A stretch of 64,000 nucleotides of DNA, from positions 315,344-379,343 of the forward strand of contig CAWFOM010000010.1 in the NCBI GenBank assembly GCA_963817385.1, in the 5' to 3' direction. Both the position numbers and the translations under genes were made by a program. Origin of the DNA: an uncultured delta proteobacterium. Its GTDB lineage: Bacteria > Desulfobacterota > Syntrophia > Syntrophales > UBA5619. Below the pieces are notes generated by a model. The model did no database searches. It was not told where the DNA came from and saw only the letters and a list, made by a program, of their open reading frames with translations. The stretch's first letter is position 1; each line of letters starts with the position of its first letter. Below, piece after piece: positions 20,964 through 32,050 of the stretch.

Positions 20964-23589
20964 TCAGGAGCGCTCCAGCCGCTCCTTCCAGTCAGCCAGT
21001 CGCTGCATCGCTTCAAGGGGCGTCAGATTCATCAGATCGAGCTTACGGATCTCATCCGCGATTCCGTCCTTCTGGTCCGCAAAGAGGTTGAGCTGGTTTG
21101 TGCTCTTTTGGCTCGTCTTCCGGCCGCGGGCGATCTTCGGCATCCCGACCTCGTCGAGTTCCCCCTGCTCCATGTTCCGGAGGATCTCCCTCGCCCGCGA
21201 AAGCACCTCGGCGGGCACCCCGGCGATCCGCGCCACCTGGATGCCGTAGCTCCGGTTTGTCCCCCCTTCCATGATCTTCCTCAGGAAGATGATCTTCTCC
21301 CCCCATTCCCGGACGGCGATGTTGAAATTCCGGACCCCGTCCTTCGTGACGGCGAGTTCCGTGAGCTCGTGATAATGGGTGGCAAAGAGGGTCCTGCGCC
21401 CCGAGGGGGGCTGCGTCGTGGATATATTCCGCTACCGCCCAGGCGATGCTGAGGCCGTCGAAGGTGCTCGTCCCCCGGCCGACTTCGTCCAGGATGATGA
21501 GGCTCCGCTTGGTGGCGTGACGGAGGATGTTCGCCACCTCGGTCATCTCGACCATAAACGTGCTCTGTCCCCGGGCAAGGCTGTCGGCTGCGCCGATACG
21601 GGTGAAAATCCTATCGACGATCCCGATCCGGGCCCGGGCGGCGGGAACGAAGCTCCCCATCTGGGCCATGAGCACAATCAGGGCGACCTGCCGGATATAG
21701 GTCGATTTTCCCGCCATGTTGGGACCGGTGATGATGAGAAACCGGTTCTTCTCCAGATCGAGGCAGAGATCGTTCGGAACGAACCCCGTGGCTGCGGGTA
21801 TCCGCTCCACGACCGGATGTCTGCCGTCGGTGATCTCGATTGTCTCTTCCGCGTCGACCACGGGGCAGCAGTAATTGTTTCGCTCGGCAACCTCGGCAAG
21901 CGATGCAATCGCGTCAAGATCGGCGATCTTAGACGCCGTTTCCTGTATCCTCCGGATTGCCCCGGCGATCCTCGTGCGGATCTCGACGAAGAGATCGTAT
22001 TCCCGGGCCTGCCGCCGCTCTTCCGCATGGAGGACCGTCTCCTCGTACCCTTTGAGCTCCTCATTGATGTACCGCTCCGCATTGACCAGGGTTTGCTTGC
22101 GGATATAGTCAGGCGGAACCAGAGAGGCGTTCGCCTTCGTCACCTCGAGGTAATACCCGAAGACGCTGTTGAATCCCACCTTCAGGGAAGCGATCCCCGT
22201 CCGTCGCCGCTCTTTCTCCTCGAGGGCTGCGATCCACTGACGTCCGTCCCGCATAATCGCGATGAGTCCGTCAAGCTCCGCATCGTACCCTTCCCGGATG
22301 ATCCCCCCTTCGCGTATCGTAAGCGGTGGGTCCTCGACGATCGCACGCTCGATCAGTTCCCGAATGTCGGGCATCTCATCGATCCCGATATGGATCGCCC
22401 TCAAGAGCGGCGCTTCGCCCTCACGGATAAGAGCACGGATTGCCGGCAGTGCGGCAAGAGACGTTCGGAGAGCCGCGAGATCCCGTCCGTTGGCGATTCC
22501 CACGGCGATCCGGCTTCCGAGGCGTTCCAGGTCGTAGACGGATTGGAGAGAGCTGCGCAGGTTCTCCCGGAGCAGATGGTTGTTGCGAAGCTCGGAGACG
22601 GCGGCCAGCCTTTCCCTGATCCGTACAGGATCGCGGAGGGGATAGTTGAGCCACCATCGGAGCCGTCTTGCCCCCAGAGAAGTGACCGTCTGGTCGAGGA
22701 CATGGAAGAGCGACCCGGCCTTCTTCCCCTCGACGATCGTGGCGAAGAGTTCGAGATTGCGCTTGGCGACATCGTCCAGGATCAGATGGGCGCCGCTTTC
22801 GTACCAGACAAGATCGTTGATATGGCCGAGTTGGTCCTTCTGCGTCTCGGCCATGTAGGCAAGGACGGCGCCGGCGGCGGCGGCCGTCGCCGGATGGCTC
22901 TCCAATGCCAGTTGCGCAAGTTTTTCCGCGGGGAAGTGGCTGCCCAGACGGAGCATGGCCGCTTCCGGATCGAATCGCTCCGGCGGGAAGCGGTTGATCA
23001 GGCAGCGCTCCTCATCGCCGGCAATGGCCCTCAGCAGATCGTCATCCCGGAGATCCTCCGCGACGATCAGCTCGCGGATCTCGATCCCGGCCGTCTCGGC
23101 GCGAAAAAAGTCGCGGTCCGCCGCTTCGGTCACCCGGAATTCCCCCGTCGAGATATCGACGAAGGCAAGGCCGAAGCGGCCTTCCCGGACGACCAGCGCC
23201 GCGAGAAAGTTGTTCTCCTTGGAGCGGAGGTTTTCCGTATCGAGAACAAGGCCGGGGGTCACGATGCGCACGACCTCGCGCCTGACGACCCCTTTGGCCT
23301 GCTTCGGATCCTCCATCTGCTCGCAGACGGCTACCTTGAACCCCTTGGCAATGAGCTTTGCAATGTAGGAGGAGCCGGCATGGTAAGGAACCCCGCAAAG
23401 GGGTATGGCGTCCTTGCTGTTCTTGTTGCGGGAGGTAAGCGTGATCTCGAGTATGCGGGAGGCGGTCACGGCATCCTCGAAAAACATCTCGTAAAAGTCG
23501 CCCATCCGGAAAAAGAGAATGCAGTCGGGATAGCGCTCTTTCATCTCCGCATACTGACGCATGGCCGGGGTCAGGTCGCTCACTCCCAT
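20964..23589 (-). pseudogene. mutS: DNA mismatch repair protein MutS, split by a 1-nt insertion near 21393-21396 as sequenced
   Basis: Starts [17 protein letters not shown]. Walker [10 protein letters not shown]. After ...[11 protein letters not shown] the frame degenerates. The other frame continues [12 protein letters not shown]...[18 protein letters not shown] to a stop at 20964. Confidence 0.9.
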
Positions 23590-23982
23590 CGGCCTCCCCT
23601 CTTTTGCAGATCGATATACGACGAGCGCTCCACCTTCCCCCGTCCGCCGATAAAGGCGTTCAGGAGCCAACTCACAAGACCGATGATCAGGGCGCCGATC
23701 ACGGCGGTCCAGAAACCGTGGACCGTGAAACCGGGTATCAGCTCGGAGACGATCTTCAGCATCAGGGCGTTGATCACGAAAGGTGAAGAGTCCGAGCGTC
23801 ACGATATTGAGGGGGAGCGTCAGGAGGATGAGGAGGGGGCGGAGAAAGGCATTGAGGAGTCCCAGCGTCGCCGCCGCCAGTATCGCGGAAACCATGCCGT
23901 CCACACGGATGCCGTCAAGGAGCCTGGATGCCGCCAGAACAGCCGCCGTCAATACCACCCAACGTAGCAGTACCCCTCTCAT
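23580..23982 (-). pseudogene. DUF360 / phage-holin-IV-like membrane protein, split by a 1-nt insertion near 23778
   Basis: The N-terminus ...[11 protein letters not shown] continues in the next frame as [23 protein letters not shown]... once one base is removed. Confidence 0.65.
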
Positions 23983-24131
23983 TCCGATCCCCCCTGCCCC
24001 TTAGCAGGGTGGCGAAAACACCCTGCCGAAACCAGCCGCCGCGGAGTGATTTCCCGCCCTCTCACCCATTTACAGACCCCGACAGGGGACGGTTGCCCAA
24101 ACGGCGGCCGGGTCTGGACCGACTCCATTCA

Positions 24132-24626
24132 CTATGTGAACCGCCTGAATTGATCCTCTTTGGCGCCGCAGACCGGACAGATCTCCGGCCGGACGCCGTC
24201 CGCGACATAACCGCAGACCAGGCAGACAAAGTATTCCGTCTCCCGTTCGGCCATCAGGTGGTTCATCGCCTCCTTGTAGAGTTTCGCATGCGTCTCCTCC
24301 ACATCCTTACTCTGGCGGAAAAGGAGGACCGCAGCCCGGTTTCCCTCCGCTTCAGCCCGTCTGACGAAGTCGGCATAGGCGACCTCTGCCACCCCCCGCT
24401 CCGACTGGAAACTCTCCGCCAAATTCTCCTCGGTCGTCTTGAGCTCATGGAGCGCCTTGAGCGCCCTCGACCCGTGGATCTCTTCCGAGCGGGCGATCAC
24501 CCGGAAGAGCTTGGCGATCTGCGGATACCCATCCTCCTCGGCCTTTTCCGCATACACCTTCAGACGCAGAGAGGCCTTGGCCTCACCGGTATAAGCCTGC
24601 TGCAACGCATCGTGCGTGCCATCCAT
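24132..24626 (-). CDS. rbr: rubrerythrin
   Basis: 164 aa. Diiron four-helix region (GEAKASLRLKVYAEKAEEDGY, SEEIHG, ETHAKLY) plus a C-terminal rubredoxin-like CLVCG...CPVCG. Confidence 0.9.
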   Translation of the reverse strand: MDGTHDALQQAYTGEAKASLRLKVYAEKAEEDGYPQIAKLFRVIARSEEIHGSRALKALHELKTTEENLAESFQSERGVAEVAYADFVRRAEAEGNRAAVLLFRQSKDVEETHAKLYKEAMNHLMAERETEYFVCLVCGYVADGVRPEICPVCGAKEDQFRRFT

Positions 24627-24763
24627 GCCGTTTCCCTCAGCTCTCCGTAGTGAATCTTCTTCTCCGCACTCCCTCTCATTTCCTCCGTAAGGTGAGGAGA
24701 GAGTGAACGTTTTACCCAGTCATCAACGATAGACGTCGGCGGAAAGATGTCCGAACGCCGCTG

Positions 24764-24922
24764 CTATTCCGGCGCAAATTGATCTTTCGCTGCGCCGCAG
24801 ACCGGGCAGACCCACTCATCGGGCAGGTCTGCAAAAGCGACCCCTTTTTTGACACCCGCATCCGGATCACCCTCGGCAGGGTCATAGACATACCCGCAGA
24901 CACTGCATACATATCGTTTCAT
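24764..24922 (-). CDS. rubredoxin
   Basis: Hand translation, below the ORF-track size cutoff: [52 protein letters not shown], 52 aa with two CxxCG knuckles. Confidence 0.85.
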   Translation of the reverse strand: MKRYVCSVCGYVYDPAEGDPDAGVKKGVAFADLPDEWVCPVCGAAKDQFAPE

Positions 24923-24969
24923 CTTTTTTCCTCCTTCTCCGGTATGGTGAACCGTTTATGTCCGCCCGG

Positions 24970-26173
24970 TTACAGGCGGATCCGGACTTTCTGCGCCATT
25001 GCCTTTCCCAGTTCATAGCATCGGGCCAGAACCTCTTCATCGGGAACATTCTTCACGCGGATCCCCTCTCCGGCGATCTCCACCTTCATCTCGGTGAGGA
25101 TCTCCTCGATCTGGCGCACCGCCTCGCCGCTCCAGCCGTAGGAGCCGAAGGCGGCGCCGACGAGGTTTCGCGGTTTGAGCCCCCGCAGGTAGGTCATGAT
25201 GTCCGCCATCTTGGGAAGCATATTGTTGTTGAGCGTCGGAGAACCGACGGCGAGCGCCCCGGCGCCGAGCAGTTCGTAGACCACGTCGCTCCGATGCACC
25301 TCGTCCATCGACATGAGCTTGACTGAGAGGCCTCCCGCGGCAAGTCCTTCGCTGATCGCCCGGGCCATCTTTTCCGTGCTCTCCCACATCGTCGCGTAGA
25401 CGACCACCGCCTTTGCCGTCGGCTTCTGCGCGGCCCATCTCCCGTACCGCTCGATGATCCCGCCGATATCCCTGCGCCAGATCGGCCCATGGTCCGGGGC
25501 GATCATCTGAAACGAGAGCCCGGCGGCGGTGACCTTCTCCAGGAGTTTCGAGACCAGCGGCGAGTAGGGGAGGATGATGTTTGCGTAATAGGTCGCCGCC
25601 TCGTAGGCAAGGATCGCCGGATCGATCTGGTCGTCGAACCGCTCCAGGGACGCATAGTGCATCCCGAAGGCGTCCTGGGAAAAGAGGAGCTTTTCTTCGT
25701 TCAGATAGGAGAACATGCTGTCGGGCCAGTGGAGCATCCTGGTCTCCATGAAGGTGAGCGACCGGTTGCCGAGACTGAGCGTCTCTCCGTCCTTGACGGC
25801 GGTAATTTCCGCCGGGAAGGAAAAGTGCTCCTCGAGGGTCTTCGCCCCGACGGCGGAGGCGAACACCTTTTCGGGCCTCACGGCCTCGATCACCTCCGGC
25901 AGAGCATCCCGAGTGGTCCATCTCCGCGTGGTTGGAGATGATATAGTCGATCCGCGCCGGCTCGATCACATCGGCGATCCGGGCCATCATCTCCTCCCGG
26001 AAGGGGGCCTTTACCGTATCGACAAGGGTGATTTTGTCGGCCATGATCAGGTAGGCGTTGTAGGTGCTCCCCCGCAGCGTCTGATAACCATGGAAATCCC
26101 GGATATTCCAGTCGATGGCGCCGACCCACCAGACATCGTCCGTCACCTTGACCGCCTTATAGGGACTCTTCAT
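24970..26173 (-). pseudogene. fprA: A-type flavodiiron protein (FprA / rubredoxin:oxygen oxidoreductase-like), split by a 1-nt insertion near 25906
   Basis: Metallo-beta-lactamase-like N-terminus ([18 protein letters not shown]) in one frame. [15 protein letters not shown]... and the flavodoxin domain follow in the next frame. Confidence 0.85.
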
Positions 26174-26796
26174 TTTGCCACCTCTCCCTTTGAAAAACCG
26201 ATATCGAAGGCGCGGAGGTTGGCCTCGACACGGGAGGCCGGCATCCCCTCCCGGATCACGGCCTCAAAGACCTCCCGGTCGACGGGCAGCACCCCCAGGC
26301 CTGCGACGGCGCCGATCATGACGATGTTCCCGAGGATGGGATTCCCCAGGGCGACCGCCTCATCCGTCGCATCGAGGAAGCGGGCCGTATCCGAGAGCGC
26401 CGCCACGGCTTCCCGGATCTTCTCCGGCCCCGGATAATCGGCCTCTCCGGTGATCACCCCCACGGGGTAGATCGGCCGCATGTTCACCAGGACCTTCACG
26501 GCGGGGTTGCCGTAGTCGGCCAGCACCCGGATCGCCTCGATCGGCTCGATGGCGACGATCAGATGCGCCCTCCCCTTCGGGATCTGCGGGCTCCAGACCG
26601 CCGTCGACGAAACCCGGATGTGGCTCATGACCGAGCCGCCCCGCTGGGACATCCCGAACGTCTCGCCGATCGTCACCCTGAACCCCTTGCGGACCAGCAT
26701 GTTCGACAGGACCCGCGAGGCCATGACGTTTCCCTGGCCGCCCACCCCGGTTATGATGATATTGTAGGGATCTTTCATCACGGTCCGCTTCTTCAT
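26170..26796 (-). CDS. iorB: indolepyruvate:ferredoxin oxidoreductase beta subunit
   Basis: 208 aa. [30 protein letters not shown] overlaps with iorA upstream and fprA downstream. Confidence 0.85.
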   Translation of the reverse strand: MKKRTVMKDPYNIIITGVGGQGNVMASRVLSNMLVRKGFRVTIGETFGMSQRGGSVMSHIRVSSTAVWSPQIPKGRAHLIVAIEPIEAIRVLADYGNPAVKVLVNMRPIYPVGVITGEADYPGPEKIREAVAALSDTARFLDATDEAVALGNPILGNIVMIGAVAGLGVLPVDREVFEAVIREGMPASRVEANLRAFDIGFSKGEVAK

Positions 26797-28740
26797 GCGC
26801 TCGCCGCCTCCTCGCTCCGGATCGCCTCGGCCGGACAGATCCCCGCGCAGACGCCGCAGCCGGCACAGATCACCTCATCGATCCGCGCCTTCCCCTTTTC
26901 CCGGTCCCACAGGAGTCCCGGACAGCGGAAGATCCGCGTGCAGAGGCGGTTGCAGCCGCAGGCATCACCCCGGCAGAGGAGTTCATCCACGCGCATCTGG
27001 TAGCGCTTCCGTCCTTTTTTTTCGGGTGACAGGGCGCAGGACTGCTTCAGGATCAGGACCTTCACGCCTCCTCCCCCCTCCATGAGATCGTTGAGCGTCT
27101 CCCGCGTCTCCTTAAGGGCGAACGGATCGCCGATGACGACCTTCGCCCCTATGGAGGCGCAGAGGGCCGCGATATCGACCTTGGGGGAGGCATCCCCCAT
27201 GGCGTTGACATCGATGCCGGGATGGGACTGGAATCCCGTCATCGCCGTGCCGCTGTTGTCCAGGGCGATGAAGATGATATTCGCATCCTGATGGACGGCG
27301 TTGATGAGCGCAGGAATCGCCGCATGGTAGAAGGTCGAATCCCCACAGACGGCAATGATCGGCTGGTCCATCCCGAACGCCCCCAGCTTGCCGAATCCGG
27401 AGGCCACGCCCGTCCCCGACCCCATTGCATGAAGGGTCTTGGCGGTATGAAACCCGGCGGCAGGAAAGAGGCATGCCATCGCATAGCAGCCGATGTCCCC
27501 GCAGACGAACCCGCCGCGGCCGTCGCGCTGCAGCGCCTCGCGGATGCTCCAGTAGGAGGCGCGGTGGGGACAGCCGGGGCAGAAGGTCTGCTCGCGCCGG
27601 GGCGCCAGAGCGGCCAATGCCCGGAGCTTCTCTCCGTAGGCCGCCGGAAGCGACTTTGGTTCCATCCCCAGAATCAGGCCGACGGCCCGAGCAACCAGGT
27701 CGGGATTCAGCTCGCCCGCCATCGGCAGGGTCCCGTCGTTCTTCCCGTAAAAGGTCTTGCTGCCGATCGCCCGCACCTGCTCGGCGGCCAGAATCTTGAC
27801 CTGCTCCTCGAGAAACGGGAGCACCTCCTCGACGATCAGGATCTTCTCCGCCGCCGCCAGATATCGCTTCAGAAGCTTGGGCGGTATGGGCCAGGTCGTG
27901 CCGAGCTTGAGAATGCCCACCCGGTCTTCGGCTTCGATTAGTGACAGGGCCTCGCGGCTGTAGAGCATGCAGGCGCTGCTTGTGATGATCAGGAGCTCCG
28001 GCCGCTCAGGACCCGAATAGGAGTTAAAGGGGCTCTCTTCGAAGATCTCCGCCGCTTTCCTGATCTTCTCCTGCTGGAGTCGGTGTTTCTCGACGACCGG
28101 GAAGCTGATCATCGGCCCCCGCTCGGGATCGGAAACCGCGGCCGTCGCAGCAAAATTCCGCCTTTCCCACTATGGAGGGAAGTTCACCGAGGACGACGTT
28201 TCCGCTTGCATGCGACATGCGGGTCACGCTCCGGAGCATGACGATCGTCCTAAGCTCCTCCGAGAGGGTGAAGGCCCAGCGGGTCATCTCCTTCGCCTCC
28301 TGGAAATCCGCGGGCTCGAGGAGCGGAATCTCCATGAGCCGCGCGAAATGACGGGACTCCCCTTCGTTGACGCTCGAGAGCGCTCCGGGATCGTCGCAGG
28401 TGACGAGGACCATCCCGCCCCGCGTTCCCGACCCGACCAGGTGGAGGAGAAAATCGGAGGCGACATTGACGCCGTTTTGCTTCATGACGCAGAGCGACCG
28501 AAGGCCGGCAAACGATGCCGCCGCCGCCACTTCCATGGCCACCTTTTCGTTGGTGGACCACTCCACATAGAGCTTTCCCGCCTCCGCGAACCGGGAAAGG
28601 GTTTCGATGATCTCCGAAGAAGGGGTGCCGGGATAGCCGGCGGCGACCCGGACCCCGGCCTCCAGGGCGCCGCGGGCGATGGCCTCGTTTCCCATGAGCA
28701 GGAGCTCGTCCCCCGCTTTCTGTTTCCTATCAATTGACAT
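26793..28740 (-). pseudogene. iorA: indolepyruvate:ferredoxin oxidoreductase alpha subunit, split by a 1-nt insertion in the A-run 28152-28155
   Basis: N-terminus GNEAIARGALEAGVRVAAGYPGTPSSEI. After ...GKAEF the next frame continues AATAAVSDPERGPMISFPVVEKH... It also carries the TPP-binding region and a C-terminal 2x[4Fe-4S] motif. Confidence 0.85.
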
Positions 28741-28773
28741 CCGCGCCTCCGCACCAGACTTGATCCCTGCACA

Positions 28774-29910
28774 TCATCCCACCTGCCCCATCGGATCGGT
28801 TGAACCCGCCCGCACAGCGGAAGAGCTTGCCGCCGCCCGCTTCTTGTTGAGCGAGGCCGCCTTGAGTTTCTCCCAATTACCCGCCGGAATATCCCGAAAC
28901 TCGAGAACTCCGCGGCGTCGGGCCAACTCCAGGATCTCACTGCCGCGCCTGGTCCTGACGATCACCTGGTTCCACCCGCGGGCCGTCTCCCATCCCTCCG
29001 GAAGGCGCGCTGATCCGACTGAGAGATCGCTGAATTCGGCCGTCATGTCGTCGCAGGAAAGGCAGGATTCCCGGACGCAGGGGTTAACCTCGTCGAGGGA
29101 AACCCGGACGGTCCCGTCCTTCGTGGACACTTCCAGGGTATGGTATCGGCTGGGGGGGATATCCATCCCGGTCACCCGGGCAAGATCGGTTTTTTGTTCC
29201 ACGAGTGTGACAAGGTCCCGCCAGGAAAGGGCCCAGCCGCAGAAGAGCCCCACAACCAGTTGGAGTTTTTCAATGCCGCTCGCGGGCGCCGTGACAGGCT
29301 GGGTGCGCATCTTGGCGAGGGCCAATGCCTGACAGGGGGTGGCGACGACGCCGATTCTCCGGTAATCGGAACGAACCGCCCGGTTGAATTCAGCAACGGT
29401 AGGAGAGACGACGAATCTGCTTTTCCCCGTCTTGCCTGCCGCTTCGGGGTCGCTGACCGTGATCGCCCGGGGGAGAAGCCCCTCTCCTTCCGCGGCAAGA
29501 ACGGCTGCATCGATCAATCCCTCCCGAAGGGCCAGGGCAATCAGGGCGGTGACTGTTCCGCCGTGCTGGGCCTGACGTCGGATCCCCTCATCCGTCGCCC
29601 GGGTGATAAAAAATCCTTCCACCGCCCCCAGTTCCGGCGTCCAATTCGCACCGGCATGGAGTTTCCGGTGCAGGGCTTCCCGGTCCACGGGCGTCCGCGG
29701 GCAGCAGGCATAACAGCGCCCCCGCGCAAGATCACAAAGATGGAGGGTGACTGTTCGGTCACGGTAGGAGGCCTGATAGGGGCAGAGGTTGACGCAGGCT
29801 CCGCAACCGGTGCAAAGACCGGCCCTGATGATCGACTCCTCCAGTTCCTTCTGCCCCCCCTGTCCGACTCCCGTATCCGCTGTATCCGTATCCCGCTCGT
29901 TCAACCGCAT
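28774..29910 (-). CDS. FrhB/FdhB-family (coenzyme F420 hydrogenase/dehydrogenase beta-like) iron-sulfur flavoprotein
   Basis: 378 aa. N-terminal CTGCGACVNLCP ferredoxin motif, HGGTVTALIALAL and GVVATPCQ blocks typical of the family. Confidence 0.65.
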   Translation of the reverse strand: MRLNERDTDTADTGVGQGGQKELEESIIRAGLCTGCGACVNLCPYQASYRDRTVTLHLCDLARGRCYACCPRTPVDREALHRKLHAGANWTPELGAVEGFFITRATDEGIRRQAQHGGTVTALIALALREGLIDAAVLAAEGEGLLPRAITVSDPEAAGKTGKSRFVVSPTVAEFNRAVRSDYRRIGVVATPCQALALAKMRTQPVTAPASGIEKLQLVVGLFCGWALSWRDLVTLVEQKTDLARVTGMDIPPSRYHTLEVSTKDGTVRVSLDEVNPCVRESCLSCDDMTAEFSDLSVGSARLPEGWETARGWNQVIVRTRRGSEILELARRRGVLEFRDIPAGNWEKLKAASLNKKRAAASSSAVRAGSTDPMGQVG

Positions 29911-30062
29911 GACGCCGCTCCACCTCCAAATCGCGAATCCCCGGGAATGGCAGGTCCTTCCCCTGTTTTCCGCAGCATTCTAACACACGCATCCGTTTCC
30001 CTGTCAACCCATAAATGCCGACGGAAAAGGAAAACATTTTTCACGAAGGGAAAAGACTGTTG

Positions 30063-30091
30063 TTGACAACGACCCGCTCTTATACTATGAA
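30063..30091 (+). promoter_or_regulatory. possible sigma70 promoter for tRNA-Asn
   Basis: TTGACA (30063-30068), 17 nt, TATGAA (30086-30091), about 20 nt before the tRNA. Confidence 0.35.
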
Positions 30092-30110
30092 GGCCCTTCG
30101 AAACCGATAT

Positions 30111-30186
30111 TCCCCAGTAGCTCAGTCGGTAGAGCAGATGGCTGTTAACCATCGGGTCCGTGGTTCGAGTCCGCGCTGGGGAGCCA
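30111..30186 (+). tRNA. tRNA-Asn (anticodon GTT), CCA encoded
   Basis: The cloverleaf folds by hand. Acceptor TCCCCAG/CTGGGGA, D arm GCTC/GAGC, anticodon stem GATGG/CCATC with loop CTGTTAA, T arm CGTGG-TTCGAGT-CCGCG. Confidence 0.92.
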
Positions 30187-30195
30187 GTAATAACA

Positions 30196-30230
30196 GGGGT
30201 TAGCCAATCTATGGGTAGCCCCTTTTTCTT
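30196..30230 (+). terminator. intrinsic terminator after tRNA-Asn
   Basis: GGGGTTA...TAGCCCC stem (7 bp, one G-U pair) followed by TTTTTCTTT. Confidence 0.5.
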
Positions 30231-30369
30231 TCGTTTATTGTTTTCTAGAATGTTTATTCCAGATCGAGGACCCGAAAAGCACCACAGGGTACAAAGATTC
30301 AATCCACGGGAAATTTCAAAAAAGATTTTGAAAATATGCCGCTTCATTCTGTGACGGAACGGATAATCA

Positions 30370-30399
30370 TTGACAAATCGGGAGAACGGGCACTATAAT
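30370..30399 (+). promoter_or_regulatory. consensus sigma70 promoter
   Basis: TTGACA (30370-30375), 18-nt spacer, TATAAT (30394-30399), 57 nt before ATG 30456. Confidence 0.6.
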
Positions 30400-30455
30400 A
30401 ACTAACATTACAGATAATCGCGGCTCCATCAAAATTCTTATAGGAGGGTACAACC

Positions 30456-30632
30456 ATGGCAGTGAAGAAGGCAGTAAAAAAAACCGCGGCCAAAGCCAAG
30501 GGCAAAAAGGGCGAAGCATACACCTGCGGAGTCTGCGGTCTATCGGTGACGGTGGTTGAGGCCTGTGGATGCGCGGAAGCCCACCCCATCATCTGCTGCA
30601 TGAAACCCATGAAGAAGAAACGCGGCAAGTAA
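30456..30632 (+). CDS. lysine-rich desulforedoxin-like miniprotein
   Basis: Hand translation, 58 aa: MAVKKAVKKTAAKAKGKKGEAYTCGVCGLSVTVVEACGCAEAHPIICCMKPMKKKRGK. RBS AGGAGGG at 30442. The Y.C..CG..V.V...(L/I).CC...M pattern matches desulforedoxin. Confidence 0.65.
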   Translation: MAVKKAVKKTAAKAKGKKGEAYTCGVCGLSVTVVEACGCAEAHPIICCMKPMKKKRGK

Positions 30633-30745
30633 TCGATCAATCTTCCACTCTTCGGCAAAGGGAGTGTCGTCTCCCCCGGGGAGTGGAGCTATCTCTCGAA
30701 TTCTATCTTCATCTTGGGGCTTTCCTGAGGGCTCCGTTGTTTTTA

Positions 30746-31720
30746 TCACGCCATTCCTATTTTGGCCATGCGCTTGTGTATCGTCTGCGCCTGCCCGATC
30801 ATCTCTGCGACGATATCCCGGACCGGCATGATTTTTTTGGGGATGCCTATCCCCTGTGAAATGGAAATGGTTCCCGCGTTCAAATCGCCGGTCTGGTACA
30901 TCTTCCTCGCCGCTTCGCCGGAAACATACGGGAGTATCTCCTCCAGCGAACCTCCCCTTTTTTCAATTTCAAGGGTCTTCCTGGCCGGCTCATTCATCCA
31001 TACGCGATGCGTGAAACCGACCGAGAACATGATCAGGTCGGTGCTGAGCTCGTTGGCTTCGCAAAGCGCTTGCTTCAGATGCGGATGCACAGGGCATTCG
31101 TCGGAAAGGACGAAGCGCGAACCGACAATAGCTGCTTCCGCCCCGAGCGAGAGGACGGCGTAGAGTCCTCGCCCGTCGGCAACGCCGCCGCCGCCGATGA
31201 CCGGAATCCGAACCGCGTCGACCGCCGACGGCACCAGCACCAACGTGGTGATGTTCAATATCCCCGTCGCCCCGCCATTTTCATATCCCACAACCGTTAC
31301 GGCGTCTGCGCCAAGCGAGGCCACTTTCCTGGCGTAACGCACCCCGACGCATTTGTGAATCCAGGTCATGCCGTATTCCTTGAAGAGCGCCACAAGATCT
31401 ACCGGCGCCTGATGGCCGGATGTCTCGACTATTCTTACTCCCTCGGCGGAGAGTACATCGAGAAACACCCGATTATCGGGCGGCATCAGTTGGGGAAAGA
31501 GATTAATATTTACGGCGAATGGTTTATCGGTCAATTCCCTCGTTTTTCTAATTTCCAGACGAAGTTTCTCCGGGTCCTTGAAGATTGCCGAGGCGATAAT
31601 GCCGAGCGCGCCGGCATTGGAAATTGCGGCCACGAAGGGGGCCAGCGTAATGTCCATCATGGTCCCGCCGATAATCGGATATTGAATCCCCAGCAACTCG
31701 GTTATCCTGGTCTTGAACAT
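30746..31720 (-). CDS. NAD(P)H-dependent flavin oxidoreductase (nitronate monooxygenase / FabK-like)
   Basis: FKTRITELLGIQYPIIGGTMM, GALGIIAS, IPVIGGGGVADGRG. Start taken at ATG 31720, after AGGAGAG. Confidence 0.8.
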   Translation of the reverse strand: MFKTRITELLGIQYPIIGGTMMDITLAPFVAAISNAGALGIIASAIFKDPEKLRLEIRKTRELTDKPFAVNINLFPQLMPPDNRVFLDVLSAEGVRIVETSGHQAPVDLVALFKEYGMTWIHKCVGVRYARKVASLGADAVTVVGYENGGATGILNITTLVLVPSAVDAVRIPVIGGGGVADGRGLYAVLSLGAEAAIVGSRFVLSDECPVHPHLKQALCEANELSTDLIMFSVGFTHRVWMNEPARKTLEIEKRGGSLEEILPYVSGEAARKMYQTGDLNAGTISISQGIGIPKKIMPVRDIVAEMIGQAQTIHKRMAKIGMA

Positions 31721-32050
31721 GGCCTCTCCTATCAATCAAGGTTCTGATCTTCCTTATATACAACCACCGTCGAGATGCTTTTTGAAGCACCGTCGATGAA
31801 GGTATATCCTGAGATCTCGTGAATAATGGAATTCTTTAACAACAATATGCTTTTAAGCGACGTGAGTATAGGGAGATGCATTTTGTGTGTCAAGATAATA
31901 AAACCACCGGCGCCGTTTCGACGAGCCTGAGTACGCAAATCATTACCTCTGACGAAAATGCTTGATTTCATGCCGTTATCAGTAATAATGTTATCGTTAA
32001 GATAATTATGATTCGGCCGCATCAAAATGAAAACAGGAGGAAAACCCACG

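Noticed and set aside
30190-30460. tRNA-Asn as an integration hotspot with an adjacent genomic island.
   Set aside because: The window shows no integrase, no direct repeat of the tRNA 3' end and no phage genes. The AT-rich stretch is accounted for by a terminator and a promoter.
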